Of a stretch of 64,000 nt of DNA, positions 1 through 19,475 are shown piece by piece. Positions within the stretch are counted from its first letter, which is position 1; every line of letters begins with the position of its first letter. A model generated the notes under the pieces. That model searched no databases, had not been told where the DNA came from, and worked only from the letters and a program-made list of their open reading frames with translations. The DNA comes from Eledone cirrhosa (Eukaryota): positions 1,860,001-1,924,000 of the forward strand of contig OZ024752.1 in NCBI GenBank assembly GCA_964016885.1, in the 5' to 3' direction. The position numbers and the translations under genes were made by a program.

Positions 1-1560
1 TATTTAATCAAGAATAACGAAATTTAGTAGATAAATTATGTAATATTCATTCATTATTTATTCAAAGTAATCCAACTTATTTTACAAACGAGATAAAAAA
101 TGTATATTCTGGACGCCGTCACGCACCCCTTACTTTATTATAGTTTAGATTTGAGGATACGGAAACATATATATTGCTGATCATGATTACAACATTCTTC
201 AGTGACACAAGTAGGAATTTATTTTTTTCTTAGTTATCATAATTAGGAAACATATCAATATTAGTATGAATACGATTTTGTAAAGACTTGCAGGATCTAT
301 CGGAATTACTTGTCCCGAAACGTTTCGGCTGTATACCCACGAGAGACCAGCCGAACGTGGATATTATCTAATCATGCTGTCCGCGGTGCAGTTCGTAGAA
401 TCTATTCAGTGATTTATTTCAGAGTGGTTAATATGTGTATCTCAAATAATAAAAATATTCACATGAGTAACACATTAAGGCGTCTCTGGCGGTATGCGTG
501 TATTTAGTTATATATCTATTTGCAATAGATCATGAAACTTTCCGAATTATATACATATCGCTACATAAATCCCACACATTCTAAATTTAAAATGCATATA
601 TTTGCCACAATGCATTGTAGTTCAATATATTTCAATAGTGATTCCTATGACACAGACGAAATCCTAATACAGATAACGGTGTCCATTTTCAATATATATA
701 TATATATATATATAAAATTCACATAAATAAAAATAATTATTATCGTAAATGTAACGATTAAATGCCATGTTGTATAGTCCATGTAACAATATTTCCATAC
801 AATCAAGGTCATTTTAATTTCCTTGGCCTAAATGAAAAAAATCGAATGAAAAAAATTAAATCTGTTGGAATATTTCCCATGAAGAAACATATAGTAATGC
901 ATTTGGAAACCTAAATTTGACAAATGCACAGTTCATATAATAACTAACATTAAGCATTTTGCTTTCCAAAATATCACCTTTCGATTATATTGCAATTGTA
1001 TGGTTTCAGGATCAATCTCCACATTACGAGAATTATAATTTCTTATTATATGACCCGATATATACATGCCGCATGATACTATTTGGGTATCAAAGGCCAG
1101 GTGAGCATTTATACATACATGTGAAGAAAATTTATTGATTTTATTGAATGTATTTTATCATGATTGCGTGATTGCATCAAGAGTGATTATACATCTTGAC
1201 TGGAATATTTCTTAACCAAGACAACCGAGGTGCCTCTTGCACAGAAACTGTTCGTAGGAAGCCAGGCCCCTAGGTTGAATTTCTTTGTTTAACACAAATT
1301 CTGATGCGCACGCCCAAAGCTCCTCCTTAGTCGAAACTGGTCAAACACTTCCACATTACACAAGTCCACCTCTCCTCTGGCTTTGTTTCAGCCGTTTAGA
1401 AAGATGGTTGTGTATCGACAAAGCTGTAGGTTTCAGCACGACTTTTTTGCGCTTTTGGTCTGACAGAGAAGTTCGTGGTATTATCAGGGATATGGAAGAC
1501 GATTTATTTAGTTCATCCTCCTAGTTTTTACCACTATATATATATACAAAACATAAATTG

Positions 1561-2047
1561 AAAGAGAGTCAAAGTATGAGATGATAAATAAGAGGGTTAT
1601 AGAGAGAGAAAAGGTAAGAGGACGAGATGGGAAGAAAACGATGGAGCAGGACCTGTGGAGAAAGACGGATGGAGGGAATAGACTAAGAAGAAAAAGGAAC
1701 GTAGTGTTATCTCAATCGACAGCTTCATATCTTTGCAATATAATACTGCAACAGTGTTTCTCGCGTGAGGAAGGATAATGTCTAGAAGTATTGACGGAAC
1801 AACAGGAATCAAATCTCTGTTGTTCAAATACTAGAAAAGAGGAATGAGAGAGCAATAGGGGACGTCCGCCTGAAGCCGCGATCGGCGAAAGAAAGGCTGT
1901 GTGCTGTAGGCGGAAATAATAGTAAGAAACTATTCTCTCCGTCTTTCTCCACAAGTCCTGCTCCATCATTTTCGTGCCCACTTTTCTACCCCGCCCCCAA
2001 TCCGTTCTCTCTCTCTCTATTTATCATTTCATACTTTGACTCCCTTT
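1561..2047. mobile_element. MITE-like element with ~120-bp imperfect terminal inverted repeats
   Basis: gagtcaaagtatga.atgataaata and gatggagcaggac.tgtggagaaagacgga (1561-1685) are inverted at 1928-2047. Confidence 0.65.
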
Positions 2048-2174
2048 ATCCCCTCTGTCTCCCACTCTCCTTTTGGTCTGTGGTTACATCATAAACCCAC
2101 AAAAAATCATCACTGTGCAAATAGTATCCAACTGTTTACGTCTAGCTTTAGCGCTGAGAATACTCCAATTTTAC

Positions 2175-2251
<77 letters not shown>

Positions 2252-5200
2252 GACCATTCACCACATCCATTATGGACAAACGCAACAACAGGAAAATAAG
2301 AATCATAATATACTTCTATAATAGAATGAAAATCTCGAAGATGGTAACAAAAATCAATCATCCCATGATACGAGAGCTGAAACAAACAACGAAAAATATG
2401 ACAACATACGAAGAAACATAGTAAAATAATTACATTGGTGTGTAACTATCTAATGTAAGTATCGCTTGGAACATTGTATCGTGCGTGTTTTAATTACACG
2501 AATACAACTTCAGATAGCGTGCAGAAATTCTATTGTGTAAGATTTTATGCAGTCAATCCTATGATATAGAACATTTCTCTTGCATACTATAAGCTAACGA
2601 GATCTCAGCGATATTTTATTTTAGTATCGACGTTGATACGTTGCATATTGAAGACATCCGTATTGATATAGAATAGAGAATAAAATATACATAGTTGAAT
2701 GTGACATAAGGCTATAACAAGTCTGGACCTTTTCGCCTCGGGAACTAAATAAGAGTAGGTATATTTAAGATATCTTCAACGGATTAATTATGAATAGATT
2801 GGTACATATGTGAATGTATGTTTCTATGTATGCATGTATGTATTAGATAGGTATATATGCATCTGTATATATATATATACACATACATACGCTGGAGGAC
2901 AACAACTCATAGGCTAACTACGATACTCTAGGGCTACTAATGCGGCATTATTTCCTTCCAGGGAGTATGTATAAACATACTTTTCATTTGGTCATTCCAT
3001 GACAATATCTTGGTCAATCTATGAAATTTGAGACTTGCTTCTTCTACATATAGGTATCTGCATATATATAGATATAGTAGTAGTAGTAGCAGTAGTAGTA
3101 ATAGTAGTAATGATTTCTTTATTACCCACACAGCACGATATAGTGTGGGATTTCTGAGTAAAATAACATTTCTAAAAGAGACGAAGGAAATAAGCATTTA
3201 AAACAAACATAACTTCTCCAAATGTGTGGAAACTCTAAGGGTCACTCGTGTAAACATCCCACAAAAGGCACGGTCACCCTGTCTGCTAGGGAAAAGTGCC
3301 ATCTCCCAGTCTTTCTACTCATATCTACAGGCGTATGTTCACGGTAGGCCCATTCACACGGACCATGCACGCAACAGTCACCCACCTTTCAACTGTAGTA
3401 GTAGTAATAATATTAATCGTAGTAACAGTTTATGTTTTTGTGAATTATTTGTCTGTTTATATTTATTTTATAAAATTTTCTTTGACCTTCATTTTCCCAA
3501 ATTGATAAAGTCATGTGAATGAATTTTTGAATCCTAAGCATGGCACAGACTTTAGGACTGCCTGCGCATTTTGTAGCGATGATTTCAAACAAAGATTATA
3601 ATTGCGTCCGATTATACAAGCATGCCCAACTTTGTGACCTTGAATGTGCATACGTTTAGCCGAAAGCACTCTGAAATGAAATGGCTTAATGCCACAGGGA
3701 ATAATGCGAAGCCATAATTACAGAACAAATGAAGTAGTAATGTAACCGTAACTAACAGAATTTGAGATCAAAATGAACGTATCTCATTGCAGTAACAATA
3801 ATGTAATTAGAATGACAATTAACTGGTATGTTCCCGTGAAGACATTCAAGTTATTTTCTGGAAATATAATAGTGTATAAACCAAATAAGGTGGATACATT
3901 TTGCAGGAAAGTTTAAAATATTGATCTGTATATTTTGGTAATGAAATGGCTGAAACATTACATTCCACAAAAAAGAGTCTTGAAATATGAAGACTACACC
4001 AATAAGGGGCATGTGTTTGAAAAATAAATAGTGGTTTTGAGCGTGACAACGTAATAACCAGGTGAAACAGGGCACCATGACGGAAATCGTATTACATTGA
4101 AAGATTAAACTATAATACGCGTCAATTCTTTTCAGAATAATACTAACAGCAAATAATTTTAGTATATATCAAAATTGAATTTAGAAATGTGAACAAGCTA
4201 AATGTGCTATCATTTGGCATATCAGATTCATAAGACTTAAGAAAACAGAAAATTTTAGAAACCATCTTACAAACTACATTTACATGCTTTTGAGAATATT
4301 TCGAATGTGTATGTTTATTTGTTTGATGGGTAAAGCTGTGTGTTTTGATGTACGGTTTTCTAGTTAACATTAACTAATGTATACTCACTCACCGTTTCTT
4401 TTCGTAACTCATTCGCAATCAAGTGAATGCCAGGCATTTATTCTGTATATTTGCTCCTAATATTTATAAGTTTATTTCAGCTGAATTATGAAACTATCGA
4501 GGAGATATTTTGATGTTCCATAATTGTTATTAACACAATGAAAGATTACTTGTCTGTGTGTTAGTGTATGTTAATATCCAACGATAAAGACATGTTTGTC
4601 AATATTAGATACATTCTACAAGAAAGGTTTATGATAAATTTCTTTCATGGAATTTTCTCCAACAACATTTCATATGCTTTCATACGGGCATGGTCACTGA
4701 TTTTCCATTCATCTAATCTGTGAAATAGTAGTTAAAAGAGATCAAAGCATTAAACATGCAATTTTGAAACATGACGCTAAAAATATTTAAGGAAATATTT
4801 AATGTTGATAGTGATGTGTGGCTGTTGGTTGCATTAAATCTATGTCGTTAATCCTGTTGAGATTTGATGCAGAAACATTGAGAAAACCGGATGATGTTGG
4901 AGCTAAACATGTTTATTGAGTGCTGTGCAATATATCCTGAATCGGAAATATTTGGATTACTCTCTTAACAGTATATCTATCGACATTATATATATATATA
5001 TATTTTTTTTTTTTTAGCAGCACATATATATATATTTTTATGAGCAGATCGTTATCAGTCACGCCCATGCGCACTGTTTGTATATTCAAACTACAATATT
5101 CATTAAATCTATATTTACCTTTATTTAAGGCACTGGTGTGCAATTTTCCGGTTAAGTACATGCTAGTTATAATACCCTACTTGTTAGTTTGTGAGAATAA

Positions 5201-5789
5201 TATTGCTGTACGATGTAGTTTGTACTTTGCATATGAGTACAGGAAACGTTGTGAATTATTTAAACATCTCTTTATTGGACGTAATCGTAAATATATGTAT
5301 GTAAATATACTATTTGATCTATACCAATGGGAGACGTTTTAATGAACCAAATCCCGAAACAAGATGAGAAACCGAATTCCTTATTTTAACAAAGGCCACT
5401 GCTATATTATGTCTAAAATATTGAAATCAATTAAATCCATGCAACACCGATTAGTATTCATATTGAACTATCTGTATTAGATTAAATATCAAGTCCTCAA
5501 AATTATGTATTTATATGATCAGCAATTTTAGTAACTTCATTAATTATAGTATAAAATATACAATCTTAGTCTAATTAAAATCAGATACAATTTCAACAAT
5601 AGAAAACAAAAACAAAACAAAAAAGGACAAAAAAAACAACACTACCCGATGCAATAGCCTATGTAATATAAAATATCTAACAACACATCATTTACTTTAA
5701 ATTACTAAGCCACCGATGAATTTCAAGATATTAATTATGTGCAATTTTGTCAGCAATGCTCATTTTAAGCCATGGTTTATCAGTGTTAA

Positions 5790-6280
5790 TCACACTCGAC
5801 TATAGAGCAATGGAATCTAGTTCTACGTTTGATGCTGAATAGACTATTGATTATCAGTAAAGTGCCCATTGACTTATAACAGAAATCAATGAGATATATA
5901 CAAGGATGGTGTGAGTAAAGTGGATCTAATGAAAGAAAAGGAGGAAAAGAAAGAACACCTAATATGGGAAAATGTAAAATGTGTATAGAAATAGGGAAAA
6001 GAAATATAGAGAATTCTGAATAGAGTAATGTGCAAATGTTCAAGAGTGTTCTTAATTCTACTTGTATAGCGCTACCCACACCAGGCACCATAATTCTTGC
6101 TAGTGCTGAAATGTCATTCAAACGCAATACTATCGAACTGCTTCTAGCGATTCAATAATTTCTTCTTAGCAAGATTTTTTTTTTCGCTTGTCGGAATTTG
6201 ATTCTATTTATATTTCTTTCCACTTGTTTCTATGTTTAGTAATTTTTCTTGCTATGGCAACACTGGAATTTATCTGTAAC
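5790..6280 (-). mobile_element. Decayed Penelope-like GIY-YIG C-terminus and 3' region
   Basis: Minus-strand translation NSSVA...TKHRNKWKEI...EIIESLE resembles the end of a PLE endonuclease. A degenerate CTGATAA...CAAACGTA core lies downstream. Confidence 0.45.
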
Positions 6281-6810
6281 AATCTCAATACATATTTGCA
6301 TTTTGTTTTAACACAAAATGATACATGCAACAGCTCCTTTTAACAGATTAAAACAAATCGATTGATGCATCTTATCAGAAATGCGCCCAGAGTAGAGATT
6401 TTATTTGACACATAATTCCCTGCCATTCACTTTATTTTCTCTATCTTTGACAAATTCCATCATTTGTTTATTAAAGAATATTGTTTCATTCTTGTGTACT
6501 TTAATTGCGATTGTAAGATCGATTCCCTCTACTATATTACGAGCACGTGTAGATAGGTGAAATTTGTTGGTGTCAAGTTATGAGAGTTGTAGAAAACCGC
6601 AATCAATAGAATGGAATTCAACATTAATCAACGGCTTATCTGTTCAATTGACACAAACATACAGATAACAATAGAAAATAAGGCTAATTGACATATCCTA
6701 GATTTCTATTAACGTAAGTACGTTTATAAATGAGGGAAGTATAATCCAGATCAACATTGAATATTTCGACACATATATATATATGTGTGTATGTATGTGT
6801 GTATATATAA

Positions 6811-6892
<82 letters not shown>

Positions 6893-6926
6893 ATGTATAT
6901 ATGTATGTATATATATATATATATAT

Positions 6927-7326
6927 GACCCCTTAGCCTTTGTCAAGGCAGAATTCTAGGAGAAGAAAAACTCTGATATAACACCTGCAACCCTGATGGT
7001 ATCCAATGATGTTGACTTGTTCTTCTTTTTGGTAAATATCATCTTGGTTAAGAGAGTGGGACTGGCTTTGTGCAGTGCCTTTGCTGACTATAAAAGCTTC
7101 ACGGCACAGGCATTGCTTTATATCTGGAGATATCTCTGCTCTTGTCTTCATATGGTACCATGGGCCCAGCACTATGTGTCAATAATTGTCACAAGTGTAG
7201 TGTTTGTACGAGAGTTTTCCAGTCGCTGGCTGGACTAAGAAGTCACACTTGTTCAGCGCATCGGTAGGGGTTCTCCTACATGGATATAAAGTAGTGGCCG
7301 TACTCGAAAACGAGTTGGCAGCCACC
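6927..7326 (+). mobile_element. Non-autonomous bipartite RTE-clade derivative (5'UTR-like part + 3' end with C2H2 finger)
   Basis: aaggcag...ctaggagaagaaaaactctga resembles RTE/BovB 5'UTRs. The 3' part encodes [17 protein letters not shown], an RTE C-terminal zinc finger. Embedded in (TA)n. Confidence 0.65.
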
Positions 7327-11338
<4,012 letters not shown>

Positions 11339-11428
11339 AAATTGAGAACAATATCTATCTGTGGCCTAGTAATTGCCCCCCTCCGCATGGCTAGGATGAG
11401 GGCCTTATTGAGGATAATAGGAGATATA

Positions 11429-13138
11429 TCTTCTATATCTTCTATATCTCCTATTATCCTGAATAAGGCCCTCATCCTAGCCATGCAGAGGGGGGCAATT
11501 ACTAGGCCACAGATAGATATTGTTCTCGCTGCACGTAAAACCATTATCATGTTTGAGGATAATCTATGGACGAGAAAAAACACACCTGATAATTTTGACA
11601 TCACTATGGGGTCGAGTGACTCTGCTCAGGTCACCGACTTAGTTGGACTATACCTCCTCAATGAACTGCATAGTAACTTCCCTTTCCTTAGGGGTGGGTT
11701 GTACCGAGATGACGCCCTACTCTCCATAGATACTAGTAAGTATAATATAGAGCGCATTAGGAAAAAGCTGCATAGCTTTTTTAAAACTTTTAACCTATCC
11801 ATTACAATGGATGTAAATGATAGAACTGTGAACTTCCTGGATGTTACACTGGACTTGGATAACCATACGTACACACCGTACCATAAGCCCAATGAATTGC
11901 TGACTTACGTGAATACCAACTCCAACCACCCTAGGTCTGTCATCAGCGGTATACTGAAGGGCGTATCTAACAGAATAAGTTCACTCTCACATAGTGAGGA
12001 GGCGTTTGACTCGCAGGCTGATTACTATAACGACGCCTTAGCTAGATCCGGCTTTAGGGACAAATTGTATTACACCCAGGGAAATAATGGTCCTAATAGT
12101 AGCTCTACCAGTGTTGTTATAACACATAATATGTCCATTGGTAATCGAGGTGTCGCGAATGGGAGGGTTCTAAATGCCGGTGGAATGAAACAGCAGGGCA
12201 CCATTAGTCTAAGTAATAACAATAGAGGTGTCGTGAACGGGAGGTTTCTAGATGCCGGTGGAATGAACCAGCAGGGCACCATTAGTCTAAGTAATAGCAA
12301 TGGTGGGCCTCGCAGCTCCCCGCATAGACTAGGTGAGCATAGGAACCGTAGAAATAATAATGCTAATAATACTGATGGAAATAGAAAGAATAAAAAGAAT
12401 AGAAGAAGATTGAATACATACTTCAACCCCCCTTTTAATTCTGAAGTGGCTACAAATATTCCTAGGGCCTTCTTCTCTGTGCTAGAACGGAACTTCCCTC
12501 CTGATAATAGGTACCACTCTATCCTCAATAAGAATGTTGTTAAACTTTCGTATTCTACAACCCCAAATCTGGCCTCTCATCTGGCCATTACTAATAATAA
12601 GAAAATAAAGGAAGGCCTGGACAACCTAAGCCTAGGGGAAAACACGGTAGTGGATAGAGTGGGCAGTAACACTGGTGGTAATCTTTCTGAGAATAGCATC
12701 ACCAGAGGTTGTAACTGTAGAAGGGCTTCAGGCTGCCCCCTGAATGGTTTCTTCCTTGTTAGAAACATAGTTTATGCGTGTGATGTGGTAACTACGGCGT
12801 CCACTATGACCTATATAGGATCAACTTCCACCCCCTTTAAGACCAGGTTTAACTCTCATCAATGCACTTTTAGACATAATAAACTGAAGAACTCCACCTC
12901 CTTGGCAGCGTACGTCCATAATTTAAAAAATGCACGAACACCTTACACACTTACTTGGCGGCAGGTTGCTAAATCCCATCCATATACTCCTCATAGTAGA
13001 GTATGCAACCTGTGCCTTGCCGAATCCCACTCTATTATATTTGCTAAATGCCCTCTACTAAATAGAAAGTCTGAAATTTTTTCCTCTTGCCCCCACCGAA
13101 TATTAAGCTCTTTCTTCTACTTTAAACCTGTTAGCTAG
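11429..13138 (+). CDS. PLE reverse transcriptase + GIY-YIG endonuclease (N-terminally truncated at RT motif A)
   Basis: Non-repetitive part of ORF 9932-13138: [38 protein letters not shown]...YIG, RFNSH, CNLCLAE, LLNRKSE, CPH. No internal stops. Confidence 0.92.
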   Translation, partial: SSISSISPIILNKALILAMQRGAITRPQIDIVLAARKTIIMFEDNLWTRKNTPDNFDITMGSSDSAQVTDLVGLYLLNELHSNFPFLRGGLYRDDALLSIDTSKYNIERIRKKLHSFFKTFNLSITMDVNDRTVNFLDVTLDLDNHTYTPYHKPNELLTYVNTNSNHPRSVISGILKGVSNRISSLSHSEEAFDSQADYYNDALARSGFRDKLYYTQGNNGPNSSSTSVVITHNMSIGNRGVANGRVLNAGGMKQQGTISLSNNNRGVVNGRFLDAGGMNQQGTISLSNSNGGPRSSPHRLGEHRNRRNNNANNTDGNRKNKKNRRRLNTYFNPPFNSEVATNIPRAFFSVLERNFPPDNRYHSILNKNVVKLSYSTTPNLASHLAITNNKKIKEGLDNLSLGENTVVDRVGSNTGGNLSENSITRGCNCRRASGCPLNGFFLVRNIVYACDVVTTASTMTYIGSTSTPFKTRFNSHQCTFRHNKLKNSTSLAAYVHNLKNARTPYTLTWRQVAKSHPYTPHSRVCNLCLAESHSIIFAKCPLLNRKSEIFSSCPHRILSSFFYFKPVS

Positions 13139-14637
13139 CACGTCCTTATTCCTCCAGTTGGGCTGTCTTATGTAACTGTCTCTGACTGAGTGTAACTGTC
13201 TCCTAATGTTGGTCGTCTATGTATACGAGTCTGTGAATGTATACGTATGCCTGTGGGAGGATATTGATCTTGATATTGGGGTGTGCAGGGGAGTGTATGT
13301 TAATAAGCACCCCTGTTTGGTACAGTGGATGTAACCCATCCACGCTGGCCTACCCACCATTAGTGCATTGGTGGACCTATCCTGACGTATATCTTGTTGA
13401 TCTGTACCTCTGTATGCGCATGAGTTGTGATGTAATGTATTTATGTAAAGCGTGTACTGTGATTTAGGCTGCACTAGTAGAAATTTAGCCTGTAACTGTG
13501 GGCGGACCCGTGCCATCCTGCCGTAAGCAGTGGATACGTGGCGCATATACGTGTTGCCCTCATATTCTGTGGTTCAAGATCTACAGGCTGACCTCTGGGA
13601 GCTCTTACCCTGGGTTTTAGTCTTTCTAGCACGATCGGCCTTCCATATATTGACGGTCGTTTTTATGATCCCGAAAGTAACGTTTTGGCCCCGATGGCCC
13701 TCCGTAGTTACTAACGGTCTGTGTACACTCGAATCGGTCAATGGCACGTGCAGACATGAATATCTCCGTAGGATTTCAACTTTATTTTAATACATCTCAT
13801 CGTATGTATTTGTTTTGAATATATTACCTGTGGTGGTGGGTCTGGTCTAATGTGGTATTTCGGTGTTTAATATCGTATTTAATATCGTATTTAATATCGG
13901 CTTTGACCCGGGTGTCCTACGCTGTGTGTGTGTGCGTGTGTGTCCGTGTATACATTTATATGTGTATGGGTGTAGGTGGTTATATGTGTCTGTGTATATA
14001 TAAAAAAAAAAATATATATATATATATATATATGTATACCGTCTCTGCATATGCATGTGGTGTGTATACGTGCATATACGTGCTGAACATATTGATGTGT
14101 ACAATCTTGTGATGTCCCAATGCGGTGACTTAATGGCTTTTTATATATCTTCTGTCTTTTTATATATATTTTGTATGCGCTACAACTCTGTCTGCTTGCT
14201 TTAACCTCACCTCGCTTGCTAATGCATGTGAATTCTTCTACCTCCTTCGATGCACCTCTCTGACCAATTGACTCCTGCCCGTGTGTGAACCGGTTTGTGA
14301 TTACCCCACCGCTCAACTGTGTGAATGCACACCCATGACTTTCGAGTGAACTTTCGAGACTGCCCAACCTGGGACGCCTCCATTGCCTTGCAATGGTCAA
14401 GTGATACTGGTGACTGTGACACTTAGTGCCTTCGTGGGCCCCTGATGTTTTCATGAAATATATTTTAAAAAATTGGTCAAGTGATACACATAACTGTGAC
14501 ATTTAGTGCCTTCGTGGGCCCCTGATATATTCAAGAGATATATTCTAAAAAAATATATATCTTATCTCAATTTACTTTATTTCATTTTATTTCATTTCAT
14601 GTTATCTAATTTTATTTATTTACTTACTTGACTCCAT

Positions 14638-14681
<44 letters not shown>

Positions 14682-15356
14682 ATTTAAATTTTAATTTTAA
14701 AATTTAAAAATTTTAAAATTTAAATTTAAATTTTATTTATTTATTTAATTTTTATTTATTTATTTATTTATTTATTTTATTTAATTACATTTAATTACAT
14801 TTAATTATACATTTAATTATATCTTATATTATATTATTTTAATTTAGTCTATGTTATTTGATTTTAGTTTACCTTATTTTATCTTATTTTACGATTATAC
14901 TATATTATGTTCTATGTATATAATTTTTAATTTTTAATTTTATATTATTTTATCTCATTCCTTACCCTATATTTTATATTTTATATGTAAGTTTGTTATG
15001 TTTTTCTTTGTATTTCTTTTTATATATATTATAAGTCTGTTTTTCACCTATTTTTTACCTATTTTTTTACCTACTCTTACCTAATCCCATTATCTTATCT
15101 ACTCTTGTCTGTTCTCTTATCCATGTGTCTACTCTTGTCTGTACTCTTATCCATGTGTATGCTTGTATGTAACTATATGTTGACAGCACCCCCGCCCAAC
15201 TGTGACTGATAGCACCCCTTATTTTTATTTTTATTTTTATTTTTATTTTTATTTTTACTTTTATTTTTATTTTTATTCTTATCCTCTATCGTCTATTATT
15301 ACCTTTCATTCTTCAATGTCTTGGATTTGTTATTGCTTGTATGGTATGTAATTAAC

Positions 15357-15414
15357 CTTTATGCTCTGATGAGTCCCACTTATAGTGCGGATGAAACAAT
15401 GTTAGCAAGTAAAG
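15357..15414 (+). ncRNA. Minimal type I hammerhead ribozyme at PLE 3' end
   Basis: tgct-CTGATGA-g tcc cact tat agtg c gga t-GAAAC aat GTT-agca. Stem I tgct/agca is extended by cttta/taaag; cleavage triplet GUU. Confidence 0.8.
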
Positions 15415-15450
15415 ATATGCATATGCTATAAGCGTTCTTTGTTATTTATT

Positions 15451-17434
<1,984 letters not shown>

Positions 17435-18280
17435 AGAAATCCTTCTACACATAAACCATAACAATCTTTCTCTTCCCTAATTTTAAAATTGCCACAATAC
17501 ATACATTTCTTCTTTTGACGTTAGAATATTCACCCACAATTATTATTTTTTTCTCTCTATCTTCATACATAATTTCCCTTCGTTAATTTTCAAATTCCTT
17601 TAATTTATACATTATCTTCCAACGGTTCCCAAACTTTCTATATTAAAACAATATATCTTTTTCTCAGTTATAAAAACTATCTCTTTCTCTCTATCACCCA
17701 TCTCTCCCTCTCCACCTTCACTCTCATCTCCTCCCCCCTTTTTTTCATCCTTTCCCCCCCCCCCCCCCCTCCCTAAATAAAATATTTTTTCCTTCGCACA
17801 TATCCTCCCTTCGTTAATTTTCAAAATTTTTAATTTATACAGTATCTTCCAACGGTTTTCAACCCCTCTATATAAAAAATATATCTCCTCTCAGTTATAA
17901 AAACTATCTCTTTCTCTCTATCACCCATCTCTCCCTCTCATCTCCTTCCCTTTTCATCCTCCCCCCTCTCTAAATAAAATATTTTTCCCAGTATCACACA
18001 TCAATCTAAAACCACTTTTCATATGTTGATTTAAAACTGCACTATCAACAAGTGTTTTTTAGCCTTCATATCATGTTCTCCTGTTTTATCTGATGAAAAC
18101 ACAAATATTATTGCTTGATGATGTTTGTTTTTGAAATGCGCATAATAAAATATATGGAACTCCTTTAACCATCTTTTGATCTTATATTATGCATACTCCA
18201 GTCCCACAAACTGTAGAGTGCTTCTTATCCGATATCTGCATTGCTTTATTGTACTACAATAAAACTCACATCCTACATTA
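17435..18280 (+). mobile_element. Non-coding 3' remnant (pLTR-like) of a second Penelope-like element
   Basis: Flanked by (TA)n on both sides, pyrimidine-rich, contains an intact hammerhead ~130 nt before the 3' (TA)n junction and AATAAA at ~18258. Confidence 0.6.
18082..18152 (+). ncRNA. Type I hammerhead ribozyme
   Basis: ttttat-CTGATGA-(aaacacaaatatta...tgatgtttgtttt stem II)-GAAA-tgcgca-TA-ataaaa. Stem III is palindromic and stem I pairs perfectly. Confidence 0.85.
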
Positions 18281-18284
18281 TATA

Positions 18285-18344
<60 letters not shown>

Positions 18345-18691
18345 CATATATATAATGTATTCTCATTAGAAACCCTTTATATATCTGTTCAGCAGTAAAT
18401 TGAATTACCATCTGTCATATACTATCCCCTCTTTTCTTCCTCTATTACCACTAATATAAATACTTCAATTTTCTGATTTTATCCAATTTATCCAAAATCT
18501 CTGAAGTAGTGACAACTGATTATACATTTGCTATCGAATACTTGCTAACATTATATGATTACGCAAGCAGCGATACATAGGTATTCCGTCTGTTACAGAA
18601 ACATATGTCAATACCTAATAAATTCCTATTTTTAAAAAAAGCACTTTCATTTAATATTCATCTTTTCTATATATATATATGTGTATATATA

Positions 18692-18878
18692 CGTTATTCC
18701 GGGTTGAATCGGAGGTAACCACAGTAAGTAAGGTACTCAATACATAGAAGAGTATACAAATTTTAATATAGATGAGATTCTACAGGACTAGAACTGTTTC
18801 ATTCATTAGAAATCATCAGGATTCCTGATGATTTTTAATGAATGAAACAGTTCTAGTCCTGTAGAATCTCATCTATAT
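18692..18878 (-). mobile_element. PLE 3' terminal fragment with hammerhead core, folded back into a 113-bp palindrome
   Basis: Minus strand reads CTGATGA tttc taat gaat GAAAC agttcta GTC ctgtag followed by a ~90-nt tail to (TA)n. Arms 18766-18821 and 18823-18878 differ at one base. A homologous piece lies at 56256-56372. Confidence 0.7.
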
Positions 18879-18883
18879 ATATG

Positions 18884-19030
<147 letters not shown>

Positions 19031-19123
19031 GTATATATATATATATATATATATGTATATGTATATATGTATATGTATATATGTATATGTATATGTATAT
19101 ATGTATATATATATGTATATGTA

Positions 19124-19160
<37 letters not shown>

Positions 19161-19198
19161 GTATATATGTATATATATATGCATATGTATATATGTAT

Positions 19199-19264
<66 letters not shown>

Positions 19265-19475
19265 GTATATGTATATATATATATATGTATATGTATATAT
19301 ATGTATATGTATATATATATATATGTATATGTATATATATATATATGTATATGTATATATGTATATATATATATATATGTATATGTATATATGTATATAT
19401 ATATATATATATATGTATATGTATATATGTATATATATATGTATATGTATATATGTATATATGTATATGTAGTAT

